The notes: a model not told the origin generated them from the sequence alone. Shown: positions 40,749 through 52,029, numbered from the stretch's first letter. The stretch is 64,000 nucleotides of DNA from an uncultured Chloroflexia bacterium (GCA_963765765.1 CAVXYC010000027.1:32001-96000); one strand, 5' to 3'. Made by a program: numbers and translations.

Positions 40749-41774
40749 TCAATTCAGTCCATACAGCGCCCGAGCGTTTTGTCCGAGCAGCTTTGTCTTT
40801 TGCTTGTCGGTTAAATCCTTGCGCTCCTCCAGCTCATGCAGATTCTTGGGAAAGCTCGAATCCCAGTGTGGAAAATCGGAAGCGAATACAACCACGTCTT
40901 CGCCAACCGAATTCAGGACTTCGGGAATGAGCCGCTCCTCGGCTTCGCATGAGAAGTACAACTGGCCGCCTCGGATGTAATCACTAGGCTTCCTTGTCAA
41001 CAAGGGCGACTCACGCTCGCCACGCAGCTCGTAGTGCTCGTCCATGCGGTCCATCCAGTAGGGCACCCAGGTACAGCCGGCTTCAAGAAACGCCAGCCGC
41101 AGATTGGGGAATTTCTCGGGAACTCCTTCGAAGATCACGCTGGTGATCTGCTGCATTTGAGCGAACGAGTGCGCCATCATGTGGGCCTGAATAAAGCTAT
41201 CCACCTGCCATTCATACGTGCCGAACGGGTTGCTTCCCGATGCGTGGACGGCGAGCATCGTCTCGAGCCGCTCAGCCTCGCCGAACAACGGATCGAAGTC
41301 AGGTTTCCCGAGCAAGTACGGACCGTGCGCGGCCAGCATGCCACCCACCATGCCGAGCTCCGTGCAAGCTCGGCGGAGCTCGGCTGCCGCCGCGGCCGGG
41401 TCCTGCACCGGAAGAAGCGCCACCGCTTTGAGTCGTGGGCTCTTGCGGAGGTACTCGGCGTGCATGAAGTCGTTGTAGGCGCGACACAGGGCCACCGCCA
41501 GAGGGCGCTCACGGACGAAACCTAATCCAAGACCACCGCTTGGATAAAGAATTGTTGCCTCGAGGCCCGCTAGATCGAGCTGCTCCAGCCACACGTCTGC
41601 ATCCACGTGCTCTGTTCCTAGCGTTCCATTCATGCGGCGGTCAAAATTCTCCCCACGTGAGAAGAGATTTCCAGTGCGGCTCTTGAACGGCTCCTCGAGA
41701 TACGTACGATAGTTACGGTCGCTATCGCGAACGTGTCCGTCAGCGTCAATGTACCCGCCGGTTCCCGCTGCCAT
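40749..41774 (-). CDS. Amidohydrolase_2 family protein, copy 4 (more distant)
   Basis: IDADGH, CRAYND, FLEAG, FASDFPHWD. Confidence 0.92.
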   Translation of the reverse strand: MAAGTGGYIDADGHVRDSDRNYRTYLEEPFKSRTGNLFSRGENFDRRMNGTLGTEHVDADVWLEQLDLAGLEATILYPSGGLGLGFVRERPLAVALCRAYNDFMHAEYLRKSPRLKAVALLPVQDPAAAAAELRRACTELGMVGGMLAAHGPYLLGKPDFDPLFGEAERLETMLAVHASGSNPFGTYEWQVDSFIQAHMMAHSFAQMQQITSVIFEGVPEKFPNLRLAFLEAGCTWVPYWMDRMDEHYELRGERESPLLTRKPSDYIRGGQLYFSCEAEERLIPEVLNSVGEDVVVFASDFPHWDSSFPKNLHELEERKDLTDKQKTKLLGQNARALYGLN

Positions 41775-41938
41775 GTCACACCTCTCAAGCCGACTGAGAA
41801 CGCTCAAGCGCTCAGTCCAGTAGGCGACGTCCGCCGCGAGCGACCTGCACTCAGCTCTAATCGGTCGGTAATGAAATTCGAAGCATCAGCGGAGATGCCG
41901 AGATCCCAACTCCGCAACTCCAGAACGCGCGATTCGCG

Positions 41939-42391
41939 CTAGGCTTCATCACCGAAGAATTTGCCTGGGATCTCAACGGGCTTACCAAGGCGCTCGAAGG
42001 TCGGGACAATCCCTTCAGGCCAGATCCGATCATCGCGGCGAGGCCCATGCTCGGCCACGGTGCTCGCGCCCACACGAAGCAGGACGAGCGGCCGGTCTCC
42101 TGTGTTGGTGAACCAGTAGAAGGCGCCCCGTGGTTGGAGAATTCCCTCATTCTTTCGACGCACGATCACGTTGTCGTCTTGATCGTGAAAGGTCGCTTCG
42201 CCATCGAGGATGATGAAGGCGTGATCTTCCTCGGTATGCGCGTGAAGGTGATTCTCGCCGCCCTCCGCGTACACTTTCACCCAGATCCAGAGTGAATCAG
42301 TCTGGGCAACGACGTTGTTCAGTCCTCCACGCTCCAGAAGCGGCGTTTTCAAGGTGAACGTCTGAGCCGGTGCGGATGTCTCCACGGTCAT
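41939..42391 (-). CDS. Cupin domain protein
   Basis: GGENHLHAHTEEDHAFIILDG, FTNTGDRPLVLLRV. Confidence 0.88.
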   Translation of the reverse strand: MTVETSAPAQTFTLKTPLLERGGLNNVVAQTDSLWIWVKVYAEGGENHLHAHTEEDHAFIILDGEATFHDQDDNVIVRRKNEGILQPRGAFYWFTNTGDRPLVLLRVGASTVAEHGPRRDDRIWPEGIVPTFERLGKPVEIPGKFFGDEA

Positions 42392-42510
42392 GGACGGAAC
42401 CTCCAGGAACAACTCTGTGCAAGGAATCTTCCCCACTGTAGTGTGGCCGTCCAGATGTGTCAACGAACTTCGCGGCGTGACTGGAGTGCTGGGGTCCAAG
42501 TGTCAATCTG

Positions 42511-43898
42511 CTATTGCTCTAGCGAAGCAAACAGGTTGTTGAAACCTTCGGCCAGCGTCGGATGCGCAAAGATTCCATTCCGCAAGGCCTGCCAGGGTAG
42601 ATTGCCCATCATGGCAATCTCGATCATCGACATGATCTCGCCGCCCTCTATCCCCAGTGCCGCGAAGCCGAGAATTCGGTCGGTACGAGCGTCGACGACC
42701 GCCTTCAACAGTCCCCGAGGCTCGTCTACCTCCAGGGCTCGAGCGACGCGAGACATGGGCATGGAGGCAACGCGGATCTCCATCCCGCGCTTTCTCGCCT
42801 CGGTCTCAGTCATTCCGACCCTTCCAAGCTGTGGGTCGATATAGACGGTGTATGGAACGAGTCGGTCCGTAATTGAAGCGGTTCCGCCATCGATGAGATT
42901 GGTCTTGATGACTCGGAAGTCGTCGTAGGAGATGTGCGTGAATTGTGGTCCACCCTTTACGTCGCCCAGCGCGTAAACGCCAGGAGCGCTCGTCTCGAGT
43001 CGATCGTTGACCACGATCTCCCGGCGCTCGTTCACTTGCACCCGGCAGCTTCGAGGTTGAGGGTCTCTGTGTTGGGCGATCGACCTACGGCCACAAGGAG
43101 GTGCGAGCCCGAAACGCTGCGCTCTCCAGAGGGTAACCCCAGATGCATGTGAATCTCGCCATCAACGGATTCGACGGACTGCGCATCTGCTTGATAGATC
43201 AGCTCGATCCCGTCTTGCTCCATGATCTGAGCGACTTTTTGGCAGACATCATCATCTTCCCGCGCAAACAATCGCTCGCCTCGCTGGATCACCGTTACGC
43301 GGCTTCCGAGCCGGCGGTAGAGCTGGCCGAATTCGAGTCCGATGTACCCGCCGCCCAGTACCAGAAAATGATCGGGTACCGTATCGAGCTCTAGCACTGA
43401 CGAGGAGTCGAGCCAGGGGACTGTGTCCAGCCCCGCAAGCTTTGGGCGCGCGGGGCGGCCGCCGGTATTGATGAAGATCAGGTCGGAGTCTATCGCCGAT
43501 TCACCACCGCCGCTGAGCTTCACGCTCATTGACCTGGGCCCGGTGAAGCTCGCCTCCCCACGTACGATCTGAACCCCACCTGTCTCGATGGACTTTTCGC
43601 TGCCGCTCCGAAACTGATCGACGATGTTGCGCTTTCGGTCGCGCACTTTTTGCATGTCGATCTCAATGGGTCCAGTGATGACGCCAAAGTCCGCGCCCCT
43701 ATGAGCCAGATATGAGACTCGCCCACTTGCGATCAGCGTCTTCGTGGGTGTGCACCCAACGTTGATGCAGGTACCACCTACGTGTTCCCGTTCCACCAAC
43801 GCGACGCGGCGCCCCTTTTTCGCAAATGCCGTAGCAAGCGGTCCGCCCGCTTGTCCCGAGCCGATGATGACGACGTCATAGTGTGTTGAGGAAGCCAT
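42511..43898 (-). CDS. Class I pyridine nucleotide-disulfide oxidoreductase (mercuric-reductase-like/RclA-like), frameshift near 43040
   Basis: [40 protein letters not shown]; lacks the MerA C-terminal Cys-Cys. Confidence 0.88.
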
Positions 43899-44051
43899 GC
43901 CACACTCCCGGAGCCTGCTCAAGCATTCGGCAAGCTCAGCTACAATTTTGAGTTCTCAGTGATCGGCAACCTGCCGTTCTATCGAACAAGTCAATAGTAG
44001 TACCGATGACCGTAGCGGCCCCTCGGCCAGCGCATCCAAAGGAGCACTTTT

Positions 44052-44267
44052 ATGCCACCAGGCTCAGATTCGTCCCAGGAGGAAATTCGCGCTGGTCTCG
44101 CTTCCGCGCATGCCGCGAAGTTCGGCGCACGGGCGGATGACGCGTTAGCCGCTGCGCTGGATGCGACTGCTCAGGCAATCGCAGTGATCTCCAGTCAGCC
44201 GATTGGCGCCTACGGCGTTGAGCCCGACTTCATCACAGGGTCGTCCGAGAACGAGGCCGCCTCATGA
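44052..44267 (+). CDS. Small protein translationally coupled to the amidase (possible GatC/AtzG-like accessory subunit)
   Basis: AAGGAG RBS; ATGA overlap with the amidase start; C-terminal VEPDF. Confidence 0.65.
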   Translation: MPPGSDSSQEEIRAGLASAHAAKFGARADDALAAALDATAQAIAVISSQPIGAYGVEPDFITGSSENEAAS

Positions 44268-45604
44268 GCGGTCTGCACGAGCTCGGTGTCGTGGAGATTG
44301 CCGATCGAATTCGCGCAAAGGACATCTCGGCGGTTGAAGTCGTCGACGCCGTGCTCCAGCGCATCGAATCAACCGAGCCAACGATTCGCGCCTGGGTTAC
44401 GGTGGATCCAGAGGGCGCCCGCGCGCAGGCGCGGCAGGCGGATGACGCCACCGCGCGCGGAGACGGCGGTCCCCTGAATGGCGTTCCCGTGGGCCTGAAA
44501 GACATCTACGACGCGGCTGGGTTCTCCACGCTCTGTGGCTCAACGTTTTTACTCGACGAGCACCGTCTGACCGACGCGGCATCGGTTGCGCGTCTCAAGC
44601 GCGCGGGTGCTATCGTCATCGGTAAGACGGTCACCACGCCTTTTGCCCTGGCTGATCCACCGGTCACGCGCAACCCATGGAATCCGGGGCGTACGCCGGG
44701 CGGATCGAGCAGTGGATCGGCGGCATCGGTTGGCGCCTGGCAAATCCCCGCGGCTATGGGCTCGCAAACTGCCGGCAGCATCTGCCGACCCGCGGGCTAC
44801 TGTGGCGCCGTGGGACTCAAGCCGACCTTTGGAAGAATCAGCCGCCAGGGCATTCATCCGCTGGCATGGTCGCTGGACCACGCGGGGCCGATCACGCGCC
44901 GCGTAGCGGACGCCGCGGCGCTCCTGCAGGTGCTGGCCGGCCATGATCCGACCGACCAGGGCTCGCGTGACCGCCCAGTTGACGATTACGTTGGCGCCGC
45001 GGCCACATCTGCCGCGCCCCGACTTGGGCTGCTTACCGACATCGTGGAGCTAAGTCAGCCCGACGTTCGCGCGCACATTCTCGAGGTAGCGGAAAAGCTG
45101 CGGCACGCCGGTGCCACCGTGGTAGAGATGACGCTGCCAGAGCCCTTTGAGCGTATGCTGGCAACGCAATTGATCACTATGCAGTCGGAGGCTGGCGCGA
45201 TTCACGCGATGCAGCATCGCCAGTTTGCTGATCAGTACCCGCCTCGTCTGCGAGCAGCAGTTGAGCTAGGACAGCTCGTACCGGCAGAGGTCTATCTCCA
45301 CGCCCAGCGATTACGGCGACGGATTCGAGTCGCGACCCTGGAGCTTTTTGAGACCGTGGATGCTCTGCTCATGCCCACTGCCGCAAACCTGGCCCCTGAG
45401 CCTGCCACCACGGGCGACAATCGGTTCCAGGCGATTTGGAGCGTGATCGGCTTTCCAACGCTGTGCGTTCCCAGCGGATTGAGTGCCGAGCGTTTGCCAT
45501 TCTCAACGAAGCTCATTGCACGTCCATGGGCCGAAGCAAAGCTCTTTAGCGCGGGAGCGTGGTGTGAGTCGGTGTTTGGCCCACTTCCTGATCCATGTCA
45601 GTAG
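44264..45604 (+). CDS. Amidase-signature family amidase
   Basis: GVPVGLKD, PGGSSSGSAA, GSQTAGSICRPAGYCG (Lys-cisSer-Ser triad). Confidence 0.94.
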   Translation: MSGLHELGVVEIADRIRAKDISAVEVVDAVLQRIESTEPTIRAWVTVDPEGARAQARQADDATARGDGGPLNGVPVGLKDIYDAAGFSTLCGSTFLLDEHRLTDAASVARLKRAGAIVIGKTVTTPFALADPPVTRNPWNPGRTPGGSSSGSAASVGAWQIPAAMGSQTAGSICRPAGYCGAVGLKPTFGRISRQGIHPLAWSLDHAGPITRRVADAAALLQVLAGHDPTDQGSRDRPVDDYVGAAATSAAPRLGLLTDIVELSQPDVRAHILEVAEKLRHAGATVVEMTLPEPFERMLATQLITMQSEAGAIHAMQHRQFADQYPPRLRAAVELGQLVPAEVYLHAQRLRRRIRVATLELFETVDALLMPTAANLAPEPATTGDNRFQAIWSVIGFPTLCVPSGLSAERLPFSTKLIARPWAEAKLFSAGAWCESVFGPLPDPCQ

Positions 45605-45654
45605 GGAAAGAAGCACGGACCTTGTCTAGCATCGGGCAATACTCAACGTAGCCA

Positions 45655-46335
45655 ATGTCGATCTCACATCGTGCACGCGGCTGGTGGGTTGGCTGGCCAC
45701 GCTTTATCCTTCTCCTGGTGGGCCCGGTGATTATTTCAGTTGGGTTCACCATGAACATCCAGGCGAACGTCGGCCAGGGTCCGTGGCAAGCATTCCACGT
45801 GGGCATTGCACTTCAGACGCCTCTGACGATCGGAATGGCGGGCCAGGTGGTGAGCGTCATTACGCTGGCCATGGCCTGGGCACTGAGCGTGCGCCCTGGA
45901 GTTGGCACAGCCGTGAACATAATCCTGGGCGGCGTCATCCAGGATCTCCTCATCTACAACCATGTCATTCCCGAAATGAACGACCCGGTTACCGGTTACG
46001 TGATGATGCTGGCGGGTGCCGTTGTCATGGGCATGGGAACGGCGCTCTACGTGAAGGCACAAATTGGCGCGGGGCCGCGCGACAGTCTGATGGTTGCGCT
46101 CTCCCGTCGCTTGCACCGGGATGTTGGACCCGTTCGCATTGCGATGGATGGGTTGGCCGTATTCTTTGGCTGGATGATGGGTGCTCCAATCGGCCTCGGG
46201 ACGGTGGTCTTCGTCATCACCCTCGGCCCCATCCTATCGTTCTGGTTCCGCGTCCTGCGGGTGCCAATGCGTCGACCGGTCCGTGCGCCTGCGGCGGCGC
46301 CAATCGCGCGGGCGGACCTTGCATCTCAATCATGA
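45655..46335 (+). CDS. YczE/YyaS-like membrane protein
   Basis: GQGPWQAFHVG, PGVGT, GAGPRDSLM, IGLGT internal repeats. Confidence 0.85.
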   Translation: MSISHRARGWWVGWPRFILLLVGPVIISVGFTMNIQANVGQGPWQAFHVGIALQTPLTIGMAGQVVSVITLAMAWALSVRPGVGTAVNIILGGVIQDLLIYNHVIPEMNDPVTGYVMMLAGAVVMGMGTALYVKAQIGAGPRDSLMVALSRRLHRDVGPVRIAMDGLAVFFGWMMGAPIGLGTVVFVITLGPILSFWFRVLRVPMRRPVRAPAAAPIARADLASQS

Positions 46336-46366
46336 CCGCTGTCGATATCAGGAGAGTGTGAGCAGT

Positions 46367-46621
46367 ATGCCGTCGATCCAGTGCCGTCACTGTGGGCTAA
46401 ACCGCGATGCGTTGACCGAGGCGCCGATGCCCGGCGAATGGGGCGAGCGTATCATCGCCGAAACGTGTGAGCCTTGCTGGCGCGAGTGGCAAGAGGAGCA
46501 GACCCGACTCATCAATCACGAAAACCTGCGGCCGTACGTCCCCGCCGATAAAAAGCTCCTCTACCGGAAGATGCACGAGTTTCTGAAGCTATCCGGGGAG
46601 GCTCCTGGGCAGGGGTTCTGA
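46367..46621 (+). CDS. yggX: Fe(II)-trafficking/oxidative-damage protection protein YggX-like
   Basis: IQC...PMPGEWGERI...CWREW.EEQTRLINHENL...MHEFL; GGAG RBS. Confidence 0.8.
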   Translation: MPSIQCRHCGLNRDALTEAPMPGEWGERIIAETCEPCWREWQEEQTRLINHENLRPYVPADKKLLYRKMHEFLKLSGEAPGQGF

Positions 46622-46651
46622 GAGACCGGAATGACGTAAGTCCCAAGAGGA

Positions 46652-46786
46652 GACCCTACCCCAGCCCTCCCCGTGCGCGGGGAGGGGGCCTGGTTTGAGG
46701 ATTCCTGGATGCGGCTCGCAATCGGATTTCCAGATTTCACAGAATCCGGCCCCCTCCCCGCGTACGGGGAGGGCTGGGGTAGGGTC
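46652..46786. repeat. REPIN-like element (same family as 34863)
   Basis: gaccctaccccagccctccccgtgcgcggggaggggg ... ccccctccccgcgtacggggagggctggggtagggtc. Confidence 0.82.
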
Positions 46787-46855
46787 GGCTCTCCAGGATC
46801 TCCTCAACTTGGCCGAAGAATTGCATTAACGGCGACCACTTTCTGACGGGAGCGA

Positions 46856-47783
46856 ATGATGGGTCGCATGTTTGATGACAACGCCAACCTCGACACGTCG
46901 CAGGTCGAAGACCGACGCGGCGGGGGACGCCGTGGTCCGTCCGGCCGCACCGGCGCGGTGGTCGGAGGTGGCGGACTTGGACTGGTCATCCTTCTCGTGG
47001 CGACACTATTGGGCGTGAACCCCTCGCAAATTCCGGGTGGCGAGTCGGCCATTGAAGATGTGCTCTCTCAGCTCGAAGGTCAATCCGCGAGCGAGGACCA
47101 GGCTCCTGAGACAGTCGCTCAAAACTGCCGCACTGGCGCGGATGCCAATGCGCGCGAGGATTGTCGCGATTGTCGGATTCGTTAATAGTATCCAGAAATA
47201 TTGGAGCACTGAGCTGCCCGCGCGCGGCGTGCGCTATACCCAGGCGAAGACGACCTTCTTCAGTCGAGCGACTCAAACGGGCTGTGGGAGCGCAACGTCC
47301 CAGGTCGGGCCGTTCTATTGTCCCGAGGATGGAAGCGTCTATATCGACCTGGGATTCTTCAATGAGCTTCAGACGAAGTTCGGCGCACGGGGTGGACCAT
47401 TCGCTCAGGCCTACGTGATCGCTCACGAATACGGTCACCACATTCAGGATATCGTTGGGGTCCTAGACCAGATCGGAAACGACCGTGAAGGTCCACAGAG
47501 TCGAGCAGTCCGAGCTGAGCTACAGGCCGATTGCCTTGCCGCCGTGTGGGCGAACCATGCCGTGGAGACGGGGTTCATCACGCAGCTTAGCGATACCGAC
47601 ATTCAGGATGCCTTGAGTGCGGCTGCCGCGGTTGGCGACGATCGTATTCAGAAAGAGTTCCAGGGCCGCGTCACTCCCGAAACCTGGACTCACGGATCAA
47701 GCGAGCAGCGCCAGCGTTGGTTCATGGCGGGCTATCGGAGCGGTACTCTCGACTCGTGTGACACATCACGCGGTCAGGTCTAA
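46856..47783 (+). CDS. Neutral zinc metallopeptidase (YpfJ-like), frameshift near 47168
   Basis: [38 protein letters not shown]. Confidence 0.88.
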
Positions 47784-47841
47784 GACGCACCATTTGAGCG
47801 ATGATTAAACCCATGATCTCACTTGTGGGCATTCGTCTCTA

Positions 47842-48351
47842 GTGCGAGCCGACCGGATTTACCACGTCATTTCCGGTACCACCACCGCGTATCGCGCCCC
47901 GGAGATCATCCGAGCCCTTCAGCCACTTACGGATGACGTCATCACACTGATGACGCCCGGAGCATCCCGAGTCATCAGTCCACGCATGCTGATGCTCGAA
48001 CCCGGCCACCGTCATGTCGAATCGTATTTCGACTCTTTGATTCTGCCGCGCCCCGCTGATGGGCCGGCGATTTTTGCACCATGCAGCTTCAATAGCTTGA
48101 ACAAGCTAGCGCAGGGCATCGCCGACTCACTGGCGCTGTCGATTATTGCGGACTTGATCGGGCGTCAGCTCCCCATCGTGGTAGCACTTTCGCTAAACCC
48201 GGCACTGTTGGCCCATCCACGGACGCGCACATCTGTAACGACACTACGAGAATGGGGCATTTCAGTGATCGAGCCCGCGTCCGTGGGAGACGAGCTCACG
48301 CTGGCGCCAACCGACGAGATTATCAGGGAGCTGACTCGGAGACTTAGCTAG
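47842..48351 (+). CDS. HFCD-family flavoprotein (PPC decarboxylase/EpiD-like fold)
   Basis: APCSFNSLNKLAQGIADSL motif; PIVVALSLN. Confidence 0.78.
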   Translation: MRADRIYHVISGTTTAYRAPEIIRALQPLTDDVITLMTPGASRVISPRMLMLEPGHRHVESYFDSLILPRPADGPAIFAPCSFNSLNKLAQGIADSLALSIIADLIGRQLPIVVALSLNPALLAHPRTRTSVTTLREWGISVIEPASVGDELTLAPTDEIIRELTRRLS

Positions 48352-48556
48352 TCGCTACTGGATAGTCTTCCTCGGCCAGCGCTTCCTTGAACTTGTCCAC
48401 TGAGACCTTACCGGCATCATAGGTCACGGTGACGGCCTTCGTTGGGATATCGACCTGGACGAGCTGAACACCCTCGATCGGTGAGAGTGCTTCGGTGATC
48501 GCGTGCTCACAGTGCTCGCAAGAGATGTCCGGTACGTTGAGCGTTGTCTTTTCCAT
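48344..48556 (-). CDS. copZ: Copper chaperone
   Basis: HMA domain ISCEHC; directly downstream of copA; AAGGAG RBS. Confidence 0.9.
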   Translation of the reverse strand: MEKTTLNVPDISCEHCEHAITEALSPIEGVQLVQVDIPTKAVTVTYDAGKVSVDKFKEALAEEDYPVATS

Positions 48557-48578
48557 GATGGCTGCTCCTTGATGCAGT

Positions 48579-51500
48579 TCAGGGGACGGACAAGACATAG
48601 CTTGCCGTCATGAGGTTTGAATTGACGTCGAGCGTTTCAACCCAGATCTTATAGAGTCCCGATGTGGGGAACGTGTAATCGAACACGATGTTCGGTCCAA
48701 ATTGCCCCTGGGGCGGTCGGGCACTGGGCGCGTGCCCGTGATCGCCGGCGGCGTCAGGAAGGCGTCCGTGGAGATGCGCAAATGAGCTCTGTTGCTCACC
48801 GATAACCACAACGTGTGCCGCGGCGCCGAGATACGGACGGAGGTCGACGCGTGGCACACCCGTTCTCGAGTCATCCGCTGCCACGCGAAGCTGTACGGGC
48901 GCTCCCGCTGTCACGCCGGCCGTGTCCTCCAGGTACAGTCGAGTCAGGCCGAATGTCTTTGGTGACAAATCCTGCTCCAACGCCAGGCCCGGGGTCATCT
49001 CTGACCCGACGTTGAGATCCTGTCGCCCAACCGCGACGCTGCCATCGGCACGCTCGGACTCCGTGTAAACGAAGAATTGACCGTCCCGCGGAAAGCTTAC
49101 GTCGAGCGCAAAAGTCCCTGGCCCACCGGTTGCCTGCGGGTGGATGTGCTGAAAGTTGCGCATGTCATCATCCACGACGATGGCATGGACCAGATGGCCA
49201 TGACTCAGCACAACGTCATCCACGGGCTCGGAGGTCGCCGGGTCCGAGAGGTGGAACGTGAGCTGCGCTGGCGTGCCAGCCGTGAGCGGCGGAAGCGGAT
49301 CCATGGTCCATACGGGGGACGATGTTCCGATCGGCGCATACGTTCCGTTCTGAGCAAAGGCGCTGTGGCGCGAGAACGTCAGCGCCACGAACCCAACGGC
49401 GAGAGCAACCAGTGCTATCCCCGCGAGGTAGGCATATTCCCCAATTCGTTCGCGGACGGGCGGATGGAGAATATCCGCCGTTGATCGCGGTCGACGGAAA
49501 CCGCGCAATCGGAGCGCGTTCGTCACAACGCTGACGCTGCTCATGGCCATGGCGGCCGCGGCAAGCACGGGATTCAAGAGAACCCCAAACGCTGGGTAGA
49601 GTGCGCCCATGGCGACCGGAATCAGGACCACATTGTAGGCAAAGGCCCAGAAGAGCCCTTGCTTGATCACCCCCACCGTTTTGCGTGAGAGCGCGATAGA
49701 GCTGACGATCCCGCGCAAATCGCCGCCGACGAGCGTGATGTCAGATGCCGCCATGGCAACGTCTGCACCCGTTCCGATGGCAATACCAAGATCTGCTTGA
49801 GCCAGAGCGGGCGCGTCGTTGATGCCGTCGCCAACCATCGCGACGACGTGTCCTGCTGCCTGGAGCTCGCGAACTCGCTCAGCCTTCTCGTGCGGCAGGA
49901 CCTCGGCCAGCACGTCGGTAATTCCGACCTCCGCGGCAATTGCGTCGGCGGTGGCCCGATTATCTCCAGTAAGCATGAAGACGTCGAGCCCCAGCGCCCG
50001 GAGCTGCCGTACGGCGTCGGCCGATTCTGGCTTGAGCGTATCGGCCACGCCAATGACACCGATCAACATGCCGTCTCGCGCGACGAATAGTGGCGTCGCA
50101 CCATTCCGTGCCATGCGCTCGGCATGCTCTTCGCCAACCGTGAGGTCCACACCCTGTTCCTCGAGCAGCGCCCGATTCCCAATGATTACATCGGCACCCC
50201 GGACGGTCGCCGAGACGCCGAGTCCACTCAGCGCCGTGAAGGAGTTCGCCGCGGGGAGGCTCTGCTCTAGCTCTCGTGCGCGATTGACAATCGCCTGACC
50301 TAGCGGGTGTTCTGAGCCGACTTCCGCCGCGCCAGCGATCACCAACAGCTCTTCCTCCGAGAGTCCCAGAGATCGAATCGCTGTCACTGAAGGCGCGCCT
50401 CGCGTCAGGGTCCCGGTCTTGTCAAGGACGATCGTGTCGATCTTGCGCGCCTGTTCCAACGCCTCGCCGCCACGGATCAGCACTCCGAGCTCGGCCGCCT
50501 TGCCCGTGCCAACCATGATGGCAGTTGGCGTAGCAAGACCGAGCGCACACGGACAGGCGATGATCAGCACGGCGATTGCAACCTGAATCGCCAGGGTCAG
50601 ACGTGGTTCGGGACCAAAACTGAGCCACGCGACAAAAGCCAGCGCAGCAAGTGCCAGAACAACGGGGACGAAGTACGATGCGACTTCATCGGCCAATCGC
50701 TGGATGGGCGCCTTAGATCCCTGAGCTTCTTCAACAAGCCGTACGATCTGCGCGAGCGCCGTGTCTCGCCCCACTCGAGCTGCTCGGAACACGAACGAGC
50801 CGGATGTGTTCAGTGTTGCCCCGATAACCTGTGTCCCCGCCTGCTTTTCGACAGGCAGGCTCTCGCCCGTGAGCATGCTTTCGTCAACGGCAGAACTACC
50901 ACTGAGAACGATGCCGTCCACCGGAACCTTCTCGCCAGGGCGAACTCGGATCTCATCGCCAACTTGCACTGACTCAATCGGCACGTCGTGCTCGACGCCC
51001 TGACGGATCACTCGAGCGGTGCGAGGCTGCAGTCCCACGAGCGCAGTAATTGCCGCGCTCGTCTGTCCTTTGGCGCGGGCCTCCAGCCAACGCCCCATCA
51101 AGATAAGAGCGACAATGATGACCGAAGTCTCGAAGTACAGGTGCGCGGGAAATCCCCATCGCGCCGCCAGACCCGGCCATAGCGTGACGAACGCACTGTA
51201 CCCAAACGCGACACTGGTGCCCACGGCCACCAGCGTGTTCATATTCGTCCCGCCGTGACGTCCGGCCGCCCATGCGGCGCGATAGAACTCGGCCCCCGCC
51301 CAGACCTGGACGAATGTAGCCGCGATCAACAGCACCGGCCCCCAGATCGCCATATCGATGTGAATCGGCAGATACATGATGGCCATCATGGCCACGCCAA
51401 TGACCAAGCTGACTATCCACTTTCGGCGCAGATCGGCGACCTCACGGGCGCGCTCCTCAATGAGAGGGTCTACAAGTGGTGCACTAGTCTGAGATTGAGC

Positions 51501-51740
51501 TGGTTCAACGGGGGTAATCCCGTAACCGGCCTTTTCAACCGCCGCGGTCAAAGACCCCAGCTCCACCAGATTGGGATCGAAAACGACGGTCGCTTTTTCG
51601 GTCGCGAGATTGACCGACGCGTCATCCACGCCGTCAACGCGCTTGAGCGCTTTCTCAACGCGCCGAACACACGACGCGCAGGTCATTCCCGAGACACGGA
51701 ACGTAAGGTCCCGTGCGTGGGGACTCGATAGGTGACTCAA
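48579..51740 (-). CDS. copA: Cu(I)-translocating P1B ATPase with a long C-terminal extension
   Basis: GMTCASC, TGES, CPC, DKTGT, SEHP, GDGIND, YN and MAMSS motifs. Confidence 0.95.
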   Translation of the reverse strand: MSHLSSPHARDLTFRVSGMTCASCVRRVEKALKRVDGVDDASVNLATEKATVVFDPNLVELGSLTAAVEKAGYGITPVEPAQSQTSAPLVDPLIEERAREVADLRRKWIVSLVIGVAMMAIMYLPIHIDMAIWGPVLLIAATFVQVWAGAEFYRAAWAAGRHGGTNMNTLVAVGTSVAFGYSAFVTLWPGLAARWGFPAHLYFETSVIIVALILMGRWLEARAKGQTSAAITALVGLQPRTARVIRQGVEHDVPIESVQVGDEIRVRPGEKVPVDGIVLSGSSAVDESMLTGESLPVEKQAGTQVIGATLNTSGSFVFRAARVGRDTALAQIVRLVEEAQGSKAPIQRLADEVASYFVPVVLALAALAFVAWLSFGPEPRLTLAIQVAIAVLIIACPCALGLATPTAIMVGTGKAAELGVLIRGGEALEQARKIDTIVLDKTGTLTRGAPSVTAIRSLGLSEEELLVIAGAAEVGSEHPLGQAIVNRARELEQSLPAANSFTALSGLGVSATVRGADVIIGNRALLEEQGVDLTVGEEHAERMARNGATPLFVARDGMLIGVIGVADTLKPESADAVRQLRALGLDVFMLTGDNRATADAIAAEVGITDVLAEVLPHEKAERVRELQAAGHVVAMVGDGINDAPALAQADLGIAIGTGADVAMAASDITLVGGDLRGIVSSIALSRKTVGVIKQGLFWAFAYNVVLIPVAMGALYPAFGVLLNPVLAAAAMAMSSVSVVTNALRLRGFRRPRSTADILHPPVRERIGEYAYLAGIALVALAVGFVALTFSRHSAFAQNGTYAPIGTSSPVWTMDPLPPLTAGTPAQLTFHLSDPATSEPVDDVVLSHGHLVHAIVVDDDMRNFQHIHPQATGGPGTFALDVSFPRDGQFFVYTESERADGSVAVGRQDLNVGSEMTPGLALEQDLSPKTFGLTRLYLEDTAGVTAGAPVQLRVAADDSRTGVPRVDLRPYLGAAAHVVVIGEQQSSFAHLHGRLPDAAGDHGHAPSARPPQGQFGPNIVFDYTFPTSGLYKIWVETLDVNSNLMTASYVLSVP

Positions 51741-51752
51741 CTGCCATAACGA

Positions 51753-52019
51753 TTACCGTCGCGCTAACGTATAGAGCTCCGTGAGCTCACGGATCATGTC
51801 TTCGGAGCGCCCGGCCTCGAACCCCTCCGGGACACATCCCTGGAGATGCCCCTCGACCAGTACTGCCTCGAGCTTGTGGATGGCCTTCTCGACCGCATAC
51901 GTTTGCTTCAAGACGTCCACGCAATACTGATCTTCCTCGATCATCTTGCGGATACCGCGCAAATGCCCCTCGATGGAGGCCACGCGGTTCAATACATCTT
52001 TCTTTTGTGCTACTGCCAT
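51753..52019 (-). CDS. csoR: CsoR/RcnR-family metal-sensing repressor
   Basis: RVASIEGHLRGIRKMIEEDQYC...HLQGC (Cys-His-Cys). Confidence 0.9.
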   Translation of the reverse strand: MAVAQKKDVLNRVASIEGHLRGIRKMIEEDQYCVDVLKQTYAVEKAIHKLEAVLVEGHLQGCVPEGFEAGRSEDMIRELTELYTLARR

Positions 52020-52029
52020 TGCTAATCCC

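Noticed and set aside
42511-43898. True mercuric reductase merA
   Set aside because: No C-terminal Cys-Cys, no NmerA domain and no mer operon.
44264-45604. gatA (Glu-tRNA amidotransferase)
   Set aside because: No gatB adjacent, and the sequence resembles stand-alone catabolic amidases.
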